A DNA stretch of 64,000 bases, from the NCBI GenBank assembly GCA_964501985.1, contig CAZCVY010000005.1, positions 377 through 64,376 on the forward strand, in the 5' to 3' direction. The notes beneath the pieces were generated by a model. The model was given only the letters and a program-made list of their open reading frames with translations. It did not search any database and was not told the origin of the DNA. Below, piece after piece: positions 16,810-25,358 of this stretch. The DNA comes from an uncultured Acidobacteriota bacterium (GTDB lineage Bacteria > Acidobacteriota > Terriglobia > UBA7540). Each line of letters starts with the position of its first letter. Position 1 is the first letter of the stretch. The position numbers were made by a program, and so were the translations under genes.

Positions 16810-19041
16810 ATGTCTGAACTGGTTCCCATTCCGCTCCCGCTGCTCCTGCGTCGGGCGTTTTTCGAGTACGAGCGGGAAGGAAAAATCTTTGACCTGCCGA
16901 AGGCCAAGTTTTTTCGCGGCCTTCCTGGGCTTGACACCTCCGTCCACTTCCATGGCCACTCCGCCTCCACGCCTCTTGGGCCAGCCGCGGGTCCGCACGA
17001 CCATTTGGTCCAGAACATTGTCCTTTCGTGGCTGGGCGGCTCGCGCATCATCGAGCTGAAAACGGTACAAATTCTCGATGAACTCAAAATCCCCCGCCCC
17101 TGCATCGACATCATCAACGTCGGTTACAACGTGGAATGGTCGCAGGAATTGCGGCTGGAGCAATCGTTGCGCGAGTACGTGGGCGCGGCAATGTTTATCG
17201 AAATTCTGAAGGCCTCGAAGCGGTTGGGCGAGGATTTCCCCGGCGATGCGGGCGACACCATCTTCGACATGAGCGTGGGCTATGACTTGAAGGGAATCAG
17301 CTCACCGCGGGTGCGGGCGTGGATGGCGCAGATGATGGACGTGACCGCCGTCGTGAACGAATTGCGCGGGACGCTCACCGGCCCTTGGGCGCGCTATCGC
17401 GATTTGCCGTTTCCCACACGCATTAGCGATACCCTCACGCTCTCCACATTTCATGGTTGTCCCGCGGGTGAGATCGAGGGCATTGTCAGCTTTCTGCTGA
17501 CGGAGATGGACCTGAACGTTTGCGTCAAGCTGAATCCGACGCTTCTGGGCAAGGCTCACGTGGAGCACCTGCTGCACGATGTGCTTGGTTACCACGATCT
17601 GCTGGTCACGCAGGAAGCGTTTGACAACGACCTGCAATGGGCCGAGGCGATGGAGATGATCCCGCGCCTGGACCGATTGGCGCGCTCGCGCGGCAAACGC
17701 CTGGTCGTGAAGTTCAGCAACACGCTGGTGGTGAAAAATCATCGCACCTTTTTCACTGATGAAGTCATGTACATGTCCGGCGCGCCGCTGCACGTTCTAA
17801 CCCTGAACCTCGTGCAGAAGTTTCGCGAGCAACTGGGGGCGAAGATTCCCATTTCCTTTTCCGCCGGACTCGACTCCAACAACATGGCGGATTGCGTGGC
17901 GATGAATTTCATTCCGGTAACAACCTGCACGGATTTGCTTCGGCCCGGCGGCTACGCACGCCTGATTCGCTACATGGAGAAGCTTGGCGAAAAAATGCGA
18001 GCAGTGGGGGCTACCAAGTTACCGGACTTTGTGATTCGCCATTGTGGACAAACCGCAAATGCCCGCGACAGAGTGGTACAGGGCAGCACCGATTCCATGC
18101 GGGCGCAATTCGCGGGTGCCGATCAGGAACAAATTGCACAGGTTGATTCGTGGCTGAAAACGGACGTTTTGTCGTCTTTGGGGACCTACGGAGCGGCAAC
18201 TGATGGCATGCCGATTCGCGAAATTTGTCACCATATCGCCGACAAATTTGAACAAAATGTCACCAAATTTCCCCCCGCCATGGTGGAGGCGCTGCGCGAC
18301 ATCATTGGCGGCCTCGAACAGGCTCTAGTGGACGCGGCGGGCGTGCTCAACACTCCCATTCTGGTTCAGGCGACAACGGAAAACCGGCGCTATCGGTGGG
18401 AGCACAACAAGGGCGTGCCGCGCAAAATCGGGTCGAAGCTCTGGCTTTACGACTGCATCAACTGTGACAAGTGCGTGCCCGTGTGCCCCAACGTCGCCAA
18501 TTTCGTGTATGAGACTGCGCCGGTGGATGTTGACTACGCCAATTTGCGATTCACTCCTGATGAGCCACCGCAGAAGATTCCGGGCGGCACCTTCACGGTG
18601 GCGAAATCGCACCAACTGGCCAATTACGCCGACGCCTGCAACGATTGCGGCAACTGCGACGTGTTTTGCCCCGAGGACGGCGGCCCTTACATCGAGAAGC
18701 CGCGCTTCTTCGGCAGTTTCGAAACCTACCGGAAGCATGCGGGCCGCAACGGCTTTTTCATCGAATTTGAAGGCGACCAGACAGCGGTCTACGGGACGAT
18801 CGCGGGTGCGTCCTATCAATTGCGACTGAACCCGTCCACTGACCGCGCGTGGTTTTCCAATGGCAGCGCCGACGTTGAAATTCAACTCAGCTGCGGCGCG
18901 CTGTTGGACTGGAAGCTGAAGCCGGAAATCGCCGGGACCGCATACGAGCTCGACATGCGGCCGTATTTGCAGCTCAAGTTACTCGCGGAATCGATCCGCG
19001 ACCCCCGACGCGTGAATTTTGCCAACGTCGCGGGCTTGTAG
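16810..19041 (+). CDS. YgfK-like oxidoreductase lacking the GltD-like flavin/NAD(P)H module
   Basis: 743-aa ORF. The N-terminus matches remembered YgfK (STPLGPAAGPHDHLVQNIVLSWLGGSRIIELKTVQILDEL). Two ferredoxin-type motifs: CINCDKCVPVCP and CNDCGNCDVFCP. Confidence 0.75.
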   Translation: MSELVPIPLPLLLRRAFFEYEREGKIFDLPKAKFFRGLPGLDTSVHFHGHSASTPLGPAAGPHDHLVQNIVLSWLGGSRIIELKTVQILDELKIPRPCIDIINVGYNVEWSQELRLEQSLREYVGAAMFIEILKASKRLGEDFPGDAGDTIFDMSVGYDLKGISSPRVRAWMAQMMDVTAVVNELRGTLTGPWARYRDLPFPTRISDTLTLSTFHGCPAGEIEGIVSFLLTEMDLNVCVKLNPTLLGKAHVEHLLHDVLGYHDLLVTQEAFDNDLQWAEAMEMIPRLDRLARSRGKRLVVKFSNTLVVKNHRTFFTDEVMYMSGAPLHVLTLNLVQKFREQLGAKIPISFSAGLDSNNMADCVAMNFIPVTTCTDLLRPGGYARLIRYMEKLGEKMRAVGATKLPDFVIRHCGQTANARDRVVQGSTDSMRAQFAGADQEQIAQVDSWLKTDVLSSLGTYGAATDGMPIREICHHIADKFEQNVTKFPPAMVEALRDIIGGLEQALVDAAGVLNTPILVQATTENRRYRWEHNKGVPRKIGSKLWLYDCINCDKCVPVCPNVANFVYETAPVDVDYANLRFTPDEPPQKIPGGTFTVAKSHQLANYADACNDCGNCDVFCPEDGGPYIEKPRFFGSFETYRKHAGRNGFFIEFEGDQTAVYGTIAGASYQLRLNPSTDRAWFSNGSADVEIQLSCGALLDWKLKPEIAGTAYELDMRPYLQLKLLAESIRDPRRVNFANVAGL

Positions 19042-19141
19042 CGGCGACAGTAAGAGCGCATTTTGATCAAGATGTCCCTGGCGGGAAGAAGTGGAAAACA
19101 GAGCCTGGACATTTCTGAAGTCAAACAGCAAGGAGTGATGG

Positions 19142-19666
19142 GTGATGGCGAAGCTCTTATGGGGTTTTCTTTTGCTGGCCTTGATTCCCCTGCCGTCAGA
19201 AGCGCAGGGGCCGCCTGAATGGCGGGACGCATTGGTCGATCACATGGTGGGCGCGTGGAAGCTCGGCGGCCAATTGTTGGGTCGCGAGGCGCACCACGAG
19301 GTTCAAGCCGAATGGGTGCTCAACCACGAGTTTCTGCGCATTCTGGAGAAGACCGCCCTGGATGCCCCGGCGGCCGAGCATCGGTACGAGGCGATCTGGT
19401 TCATCGGATACGACTCTGTAAGCGAGAAATACGTGGAGCACCTGCTCGATGTTTTCGGCGCGCGGTTCTCTGAGACGCTCGGTTATGGCACGCGGGACGG
19501 AAATGCGATTCGCTTCATCTATGAGTACCCGGACGGACCCTTCCACACCACCTATCGCTGGTCACCTGAGCAAGACACGTGGCAATGGCTGATGGAGCAA
19601 AAAGATAAAGATGGCAAGTGGACCACCTTCGCCGACCTTAAACTCACTCGCGCGGCGAAACCATAA
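19142..19666 (+). CDS. secreted hypothetical protein
   Basis: 174-aa ORF. AAGGAG lies 7-10 nt upstream of the GTG/ATG start. Signal peptide LLWGFLLLALIPLPSEAQG. No recognisable catalytic motif. Confidence 0.6.
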   Translation: MMAKLLWGFLLLALIPLPSEAQGPPEWRDALVDHMVGAWKLGGQLLGREAHHEVQAEWVLNHEFLRILEKTALDAPAAEHRYEAIWFIGYDSVSEKYVEHLLDVFGARFSETLGYGTRDGNAIRFIYEYPDGPFHTTYRWSPEQDTWQWLMEQKDKDGKWTTFADLKLTRAAKP

Positions 19667-19682
19667 AAGTTAGCGATGAGGG

Positions 19683-19756
19683 GTTAGGTGTCAGGGGCGA
19701 AATTCGAAACTCGAAATTCGGTACACAGCTTGCGAGCTTTGAGTTTCGATTTTCGG
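19683..19756. repeat. word array plus hairpin (AGGTGTCAGGGGC; CGAAATT/CGAAACT heptamers)
   Basis: 19698-19715 pairs with 19738-19755 (18 positions, 2 mismatches). AGGTGTCAGGGGC also occurs in the secA-upstream tandem repeat. Confidence 0.75.
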
Positions 19757-19802
19757 CCTCTCTTAACGCTTGAAACCTCGCAACTGAATAAGGAGTCCAA
19801 CT

Positions 19803-20828
19803 GTGATCACCCAGCACGCGCTTTTCCCAGGCAAGGATTACATCACAACACAAGAGTGGAGGCTGGCGGAGATTGAGACCCTGCTCCAAGTCGCGGGCGA
19901 TCTCAAGCGCAAGCTCAAGAACCGTGTTCCTCACCGGTACTTGCCGGACAAGACGATTTTCCTTCTCTTTTTCGATAAGTCGACCCGCACGCGCAATTCC
20001 TTCGAGGCGGGCATCACGCAACTGGGCGGCCACGCGCATTTCCTGACCGCCGACGTGATGCAAGTGTCGCATGGTGAGAGCCCCAAGGACACCGGCATCA
20101 TCCTCTCGAGTTACGGGCACGGCATTGCCATCCGGCACGATTTGATTCCTGGCGAGGGAAACAAATACATCCGCGAGGTAGCGCGCTGGGCAAACGCCCC
20201 GGTGATTAACATGCAGTGCGATGTGGACCATCCCTGTCAAACTCTGGCGGACCTGATGACGATTCGCGAACGGCTCGGCAAGGATTTGCGCGGGCGCAAG
20301 CTGGCGGTGACGTGGGCTTACGCGCCGAGCTACGCCAAGCCGCTTTCCGTGCCGCAGGGACTGATTATGCTGATGCCGCGTTTTGGCCTGGATGTGGTCC
20401 TGGCGAATCCTCCCGAGTACGGGTTGATGCCGGAGACGCTTGCGGCGGCGCGAGAGAACGCGAGCGCGGCGGGGGTGAAGTTCGAAGTGGTGGACAACAT
20501 GGACGAGGCGTTTCGCGACGCTGACATTGTGATCCCCAAGAGTTGGGGCTGCCTTGACACCATGGGGACCAGGCCCGAGGAGTCTCTTCGCATCGCCAAG
20601 CAATATCGCCACTGGATCTGTGACGCGGCGAAGATGGAGCTAACCCAACCGGATTCGCTTTACATGCATCCCCTTCCCGCCGACCGCGGCAACGAGGTGA
20701 CGGACGAGGTGATTGACGGCCCGCACTCCGTGGTTTTTACCGAGGCGGAAAATCGCCTGCACACGGCAAAGGCCATTATGGCCTTGACCATGGCCGACGA
20801 GAGCATCGCTTACGAGGTTGAGGATTAG
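19803..20828 (+). CDS. ygeW: knotted carbamoyltransferase YgeW family
   Basis: 341-aa ORF with carbamoyltransferase STRTR motif. The segment AVTWAYAPSYAKPLSVPQG closely matches remembered E. coli YgeW. Confidence 0.85.
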   Translation: MITQHALFPGKDYITTQEWRLAEIETLLQVAGDLKRKLKNRVPHRYLPDKTIFLLFFDKSTRTRNSFEAGITQLGGHAHFLTADVMQVSHGESPKDTGIILSSYGHGIAIRHDLIPGEGNKYIREVARWANAPVINMQCDVDHPCQTLADLMTIRERLGKDLRGRKLAVTWAYAPSYAKPLSVPQGLIMLMPRFGLDVVLANPPEYGLMPETLAAARENASAAGVKFEVVDNMDEAFRDADIVIPKSWGCLDTMGTRPEESLRIAKQYRHWICDAAKMELTQPDSLYMHPLPADRGNEVTDEVIDGPHSVVFTEAENRLHTAKAIMALTMADESIAYEVED

Positions 20829-20907
20829 ATCGCCGGACCGGTTTTCACCAGGATCATGAGGGATCGTTGCGGCGCGACCCAGGAAGGGTCCGCCGCTACG
20901 AAAGCCC

Positions 20908-21390
20908 TTAGCTGCCGACTGGAGTGTCGGTGGCGCCGGCGGTCGTGGTGGAATTCTGGCGGATCACTCCCGATTCATCGGTGTAGTAATACTGGGTCCC
21001 TGTCGTACTGCTCACGGGATTGGCGGTGAAGTCGAAGGAACTGATCCGGCCGGTGGGGTCGGTAGCCCCGGGCGAATACGTGAAGGAGTATCCACTCTTG
21101 ACGCCCGTGGCCAAGACGCTGTCAATCAGACCCGCGGCGGTGGAAGTCGCCAACGCGCCTCCGGCGGCTGGCGCAAGGTATTGGAGACTGGCGCTGTACC
21201 CCGCACCGTACGTCGAGGAATAAGTCATCTCCGCAATTTCCAGTGTGTGTAGGGAAGCCACGGCGGACGATTGGTTAGCCGCAACCTTTGACCGCAGAAA
21301 GTTGGGAATGGCGATAGCGGCGATAACGAGGATGATCGCCACCACGATCAAGAGCTCGACCAATGAGAATCCTTTGGCCCCTTTGTCCAT
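20908..21390 (-). CDS. prepilin-type N-terminal cleavage/methylation domain protein (type IV pilin-like)
   Basis: ORF 20908..21486; start placed at ATG 21390 (MDKGAKG|FSLVELLIVVAIILVIAAIAIPNF). Classic G/F cleavage site with Glu5. No pilus assembly genes nearby. Confidence 0.8.
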   Translation of the reverse strand: MDKGAKGFSLVELLIVVAIILVIAAIAIPNFLRSKVAANQSSAVASLHTLEIAEMTYSSTYGAGYSASLQYLAPAAGGALATSTAAGLIDSVLATGVKSGYSFTYSPGATDPTGRISSFDFTANPVSSTTGTQYYYTDESGVIRQNSTTTAGATDTPVGS

Positions 21391-21906
21391 TCGAAACTCC
21401 TTTGCGCGGTCCGGAATATTCGTCAAATTTTTCGCGCTCAGTCTTAACCCTAATTGTAATGTACATCTGAGAGACCATGAATTCAAGCCAGGGGGCTAGT
21501 ACTTTAGTTTAGGTGAGCGCAACAGTGGTAAGGGGCGACACAGCCACTGCCGGCTGTGTCCGGAAAGCACAGGTCTCCGACGAGGCTGCCAGGGTTGGCG
21601 GTCGAACTTAGGCCGCAGCCCTTTACCAGGCGCTCCAGGACTTTTTCCGCGGCAAAGGTGGTATAGGCCTTCCGGTAGAGGAGTCCATCATTTAAACTCG
21701 ACGTAGGGCAGTTGTATAATTGTTTGGATGAATGCTCAGGGCAATTACGACATCCCATACGATGCGATTTCGGGCTGCGATGTGACAATCCGCCAGCCGT
21801 GAGCCGTGGGGCCAGCGATGAGCATCTCGCCTGAGTGCATCGGTTGAGGTGGGACAGCGTTGGGATACACTCCAAATTTCCAAACATTCTCGTACAGGAG
21901 CATCGC

Positions 21907-22602
21907 ATGCGAAAGGCAGTCACGATCCTCGTTTTTGTATTTCTGACCGTGGTAGTCCTGCCGGAAGCCATCCAACAGGCGCGAGCGCAGGCGGATCCCT
22001 ACCCCGCCATGGCTCCTCTGGAGGAGTATCTGATGTCAAAGGATGCCGAGATCGCGCTGGCTCGCAGCGCGGCACCGGCCTCCATCGCGGACCACGCCAG
22101 CGTGATGGTACTGGAACGGCAGGGATACACGACCGCCGTGCAAGGCACGAACGGCTTTCTCTGTTATGTGGAGCGATCCTGGGCCAATACCACCGATAAG
22201 CCGGAATTCTGGAATCCCAAAATGCGCGCTCCCAATTGCTTCAACGCCGCGGCGGCCGGCAGCATTGCGCCGATCTATCTGATGAAGACCCGACTCGTAC
22301 TGGCAGGCAAATCGAAGCCGGAGATCGCGCAGGCGGTCGCAGCGGCCCTGGACAGTGGTGAACTGCCGCCACTGGCGCCGGGAGCCATGTGCTACATGAT
22401 GTCGAAGGAGCAGTACCTCAACGACGAGGGTCACCACTGGCACCCACACGTGATGTTCTATGTCGCGGGCGACGTGGCGAAGAGCTGGGGGGCAAATCTG
22501 CCGGGCTCGCCCATGATCGCAACGAGTGATTCGCAATCGCGAGTGACGACTTTCATGATCGTCGTGCACTACTGGTCGGACGGAACACCGGGCCCGAGCT
22601 GA
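21907..22602 (+). CDS. secreted hypothetical protein
   Basis: ORF 21835..22602; start placed at ATG 21907 (MRKAVTILVFVFLTVVVLPEAIQQARA signal peptide). No motif recognised. Confidence 0.6.
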   Translation: MRKAVTILVFVFLTVVVLPEAIQQARAQADPYPAMAPLEEYLMSKDAEIALARSAAPASIADHASVMVLERQGYTTAVQGTNGFLCYVERSWANTTDKPEFWNPKMRAPNCFNAAAAGSIAPIYLMKTRLVLAGKSKPEIAQAVAAALDSGELPPLAPGAMCYMMSKEQYLNDEGHHWHPHVMFYVAGDVAKSWGANLPGSPMIATSDSQSRVTTFMIVVHYWSDGTPGPS

Positions 22603-22668
22603 AATGACAGCGCCGCTGCCAAGAGCTGGACTCACCGGTTTGAGTTTAGAAAAGGCGGCTCACGTTCT

Positions 22669-22733
22669 GGGAGCGCGGCCATCCTGGCCGCTTTCTGGAG
22701 CGGGCTGGAAGCCTGCGCTCCCCGAAGGGAACA
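22669..22733. repeat. GC-rich REP-like imperfect palindrome
   Basis: GGGAGCGCGGCCATCCTGGCCGC ... GCGGGCTGGAAGCCTGCGCTCCC. The GCTGGAAGCC-GCGCT word recurs at 57125-57147. Confidence 0.65.
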
Positions 22734-22826
22734 CGGCTTGGCCGGCGGCTTGTAGTCGGAGCGAACCCCCTGCGCTAGACGCAAGAAATTCGGAACATCC
22801 CCGTTTTGCCCAGTTGACGGTGAACC

Positions 22827-23156
22827 TTATTTTCCGGAACCGGGCCTGCGAACCTCTTCGAACTGGTTGATGCGGACAACGCCATTCGGAAGGACGGCGC
22901 GGATGTCGAGATGCCCTCCCATGGCCTCAATGATCTTCCGCAGCGTGCTGATATACATGTCGGAGCGGCGCTCCACCTTGGAAATGGCGGCCTGATTAAC
23001 GTGCAGAAGTTCCGCCAGGTGTTCCTGCGTCAGGTCAAGCGCTCCGCGCAACTCGTCCAGAGCCATCTCCTGGATCATCTGGTCAGCTTGGCCTTCCGAG
23101 CGCGCCCGTGCCGTGGCGGACATTTTCGCTTGCAGGACCTTGAAATTCTTAGCCAT
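22827..23156 (-). CDS. XRE-family helix-turn-helix antitoxin (HigA-like)
   Basis: 109-aa ORF with HTH segment LTQEHLAELLHVNQAAISKVERR. Overlaps the upstream toxin ORF by 8 nt. Confidence 0.75.
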   Translation of the reverse strand: MAKNFKVLQAKMSATARARSEGQADQMIQEMALDELRGALDLTQEHLAELLHVNQAAISKVERRSDMYISTLRKIIEAMGGHLDIRAVLPNGVVRINQFEEVRRPGSGK

Positions 23157-23550
23157 CGATTAAACCCTCTTTCTCCAGGGTGGCCAAATGGTTGTCATAG
23201 ATTTGATCGGCAAGCGGTACGAACGTTACGTACCACCGGTCGTCGCCCGTCTTGTCGCCTCCGATGAGCAAGACCGCGCAGCGTCGGGGATCGAATGCGT
23301 AAAGGACCCGGTAAGGCCGCCCGGCGTGCTGAACAACCAGTTCCTTCATGTGGGAATGTTTCGACCCGGATATTGCACCGGAATGGGGCCGTCGCAACGC
23401 AGGGCCGAATCTCTGAAGGAGAATGATCTTGGCGTTCACGTCCACTTGCTCATCCTCCGTAAGGTGGTCCCACCACGCTTCGAACTCGTCAGTATATTCG
23501 ACTTCCCATTCCACAGAAGGATTATTACCCCAATGGAATAGTGCTGTCAA
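23149..23550 (-). CDS. RelE/ParE-superfamily (HigB-like) toxin
   Basis: 133-aa ORF. The segment YRVLYAFDPRRCAVLLIGGDKTGDDRWY is typical of HigB/Gp49-like toxins. Toxin-first gene order. The exact start is uncertain. Confidence 0.7.
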   Translation of the reverse strand: MTALFHWGNNPSVEWEVEYTDEFEAWWDHLTEDEQVDVNAKIILLQRFGPALRRPHSGAISGSKHSHMKELVVQHAGRPYRVLYAFDPRRCAVLLIGGDKTGDDRWYVTFVPLADQIYDNHLATLEKEGLIDG

Positions 23551-23560
23551 GGGATTCTAA

Positions 23561-23705
23561 GTGGGCGCCACGCTCGCTTCCCAGTTGACATCCCAGCCCC
23601 AGGAAAGAGCACCCCTGGCACCCACGGAAAACGTACCGCCGCGCGGCGGGAGACTCAAGCGCGCCCGATCGGCCCCCGAGTGGGCGCCACGAGGGGCGCC
23701 CCTAC
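23561..23705. repeat. GC-rich REP-like element (GTGGGCGCCAC repeated; GGGGCGCCCC palindrome)
   Basis: GTGGGCGCCACG occurs at 23561 and 23680. The second copy continues as AGGGGCGCCCCTAC. Confidence 0.65.
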
Positions 23706-23782
23706 ATGCTATTCTGTCTTCGGACCTCAACGCCCCCGCACGTCTTCTTCGCATATCATGTGCCGGTGGCTGAACTCTTATC

Positions 23783-25162
23783 ATGAATGCAGATGGCGAA
23801 GTACCCGCAATTTCCATGATCATTCGCAACGCGCGCGTGCTGACCTTCGATTCGGCCAACCGGGTGCTTGATTGCGGCACGGTCGAGGTTCTTCCCGACG
23901 GCGCAATCGGGCAGGTCGAGGAAATCCGGGCGGGGCGTAGGGAAACGGCAAGCCGTAGCTCCGCAAACGAGGAAATCATCGACGCTCGCGGCATGCTTTT
24001 GATGCCCGCGCTGATCAACTGTCACACGCACCTTTACAGCACGCTGGCGCGCGGAATGTCGCTCTCCGGGCGCGCGCCACGCAACTTCCCGGAGATTTTG
24101 AAGAAGCTTTGGTGGCGCCTGGACCGAGATCTAAATCTCGACGACGTTTATTACGGCGCACTGGTGGGCCTGATTGATTCCGCCAAGTGTGGAGTGGGCA
24201 CGTTGGTGGACCATCACTCCAGCCCCAACGCCTGCGCCGGCAGCCTCGACCGGATCGAGCAGGCCTTTCGCGAAGTCGGCTTGCGCGGGGCTTTGTGCTA
24301 TGAAACTTCCGACCGGAATGGAAGCGCGAGCGCGGCAGATGGCATTGCCGAGAATGTGCGTTTTCTCGAGCGGCATCCGCCTGCCTCGGGAGATCGGCTG
24401 ATCACCGGCAGCTTTGGACTGCACGCCTCATTCACCCTATCTGACCGAACGCTGCGGCGTGCGGTGGAGGCCAATGAATCGCTGCGCGCAGGGTTCCACG
24501 TCCACGTAGCGGAGGATCGCTGTGACGTCGATGACGCTCGCAGGCGCTACCACAAGTCGCCGGTCGCGCGCCTCCGGGACCTGGGCATCCTCGATGACCG
24601 GTCGCTCGCGGCGCATTGCGTACACGTCACCGCCCGGGACATCGCGGGACTGGCCAAACGCAAGATCAACGTGGTCCACAACCCCCAATCGAATTGCAAC
24701 AATGCTGTCGGCGTTGCGCGGCTGCTCGAAATGTTTCGCCAAGGCGTGCTGGTGGGATTAGGCTCCGACGGGTACACGCCGCGCATGTGGGAGGAGTTCA
24801 AAGCCGCGTTCCACATGCAGAAGCTGCGCGAAGGCGACCCGCGCGTGGCTTACGCCGAGGCCTATGCCGCCGCTCTACTCAACAATCGCACGATCGCGAG
24901 GAAGATTTGGGGATGGGAAATCGGACGCATCCAAACCGGCGCGCGCGCGGATCTACTGCTGGTGGATTACTTCCCGCCCACACCTCTCGATAGCAGCAAT
25001 CTGTTCGGGCACTTCCTGTTCGGCATTGCCAACGCGCCGGTGGATTCGCTCGTCGTTAACGGGCGCTTCGTGCTGCGCAACAACGAATGTGTTACCGTGG
25101 ATGAGCGCGAAGTGGCAGCGAAGGCCGCGGTGCAGGCCCGCGCGTTGTGGGGTCGATTCTAG
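23783..25162 (+). CDS. ssnA: SsnA-family putative aminohydrolase
   Basis: 459-aa ORF. CHTHLYSTLARGM and ILKKLWWRLDRDLNLDDVYYGALVGLIDSAKCGVGTLVDHHSSP match remembered E. coli SsnA. Confidence 0.8.
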   Translation: MNADGEVPAISMIIRNARVLTFDSANRVLDCGTVEVLPDGAIGQVEEIRAGRRETASRSSANEEIIDARGMLLMPALINCHTHLYSTLARGMSLSGRAPRNFPEILKKLWWRLDRDLNLDDVYYGALVGLIDSAKCGVGTLVDHHSSPNACAGSLDRIEQAFREVGLRGALCYETSDRNGSASAADGIAENVRFLERHPPASGDRLITGSFGLHASFTLSDRTLRRAVEANESLRAGFHVHVAEDRCDVDDARRRYHKSPVARLRDLGILDDRSLAAHCVHVTARDIAGLAKRKINVVHNPQSNCNNAVGVARLLEMFRQGVLVGLGSDGYTPRMWEEFKAAFHMQKLREGDPRVAYAEAYAAALLNNRTIARKIWGWEIGRIQTGARADLLLVDYFPPTPLDSSNLFGHFLFGIANAPVDSLVVNGRFVLRNNECVTVDEREVAAKAAVQARALWGRF

Positions 25163-25212
25163 CGGTTCTGGATGGGCGATCACCCAATCGGTTGCGACAG
25201 CCCGGGAAAGGC

Positions 25213-25336
25213 TTCACCACAGAGACACGGAGGTCAAGGAGAACAGACAAAATCGCTGTAGGTCAGCAAGAAACTGCAATGTCCGCCCACAAAAGCCGTG
25301 GGTCTTTCTCTGCGGTCTCCGTGCCTCTGTGGTGAA
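25213..25336. repeat. REP-type long inverted repeat between ssnA and the PLP gene
   Basis: TTCACCACAGAGACACGGAG (25213-25232) versus CTCCGTGCCTCTGTGGTGAA (25317-25336); 19 of 20 positions complementary. Confidence 0.8.
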
Positions 25337-25358
25337 TCTTTAATCCCGAAGTGGTTCA

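Noticed and set aside
21504-21759. Cys-rich 85-codon minus-strand frame (MGCRNCPEH...GCGLSSTANPGSLVGDLCFPDTAGSGCVAPYHCCAHLN) in the pilin/hypothetical divergent region, considered as a possible RiPP precursor.
   Set aside because: There is no Shine-Dalgarno sequence and no nearby modification, transport or protease genes. The frame is part of a longer 155-codon open stretch typical of GC-rich noise. A perfect 9-bp hairpin (21534-21560) lies inside it. The evidence is insufficient.
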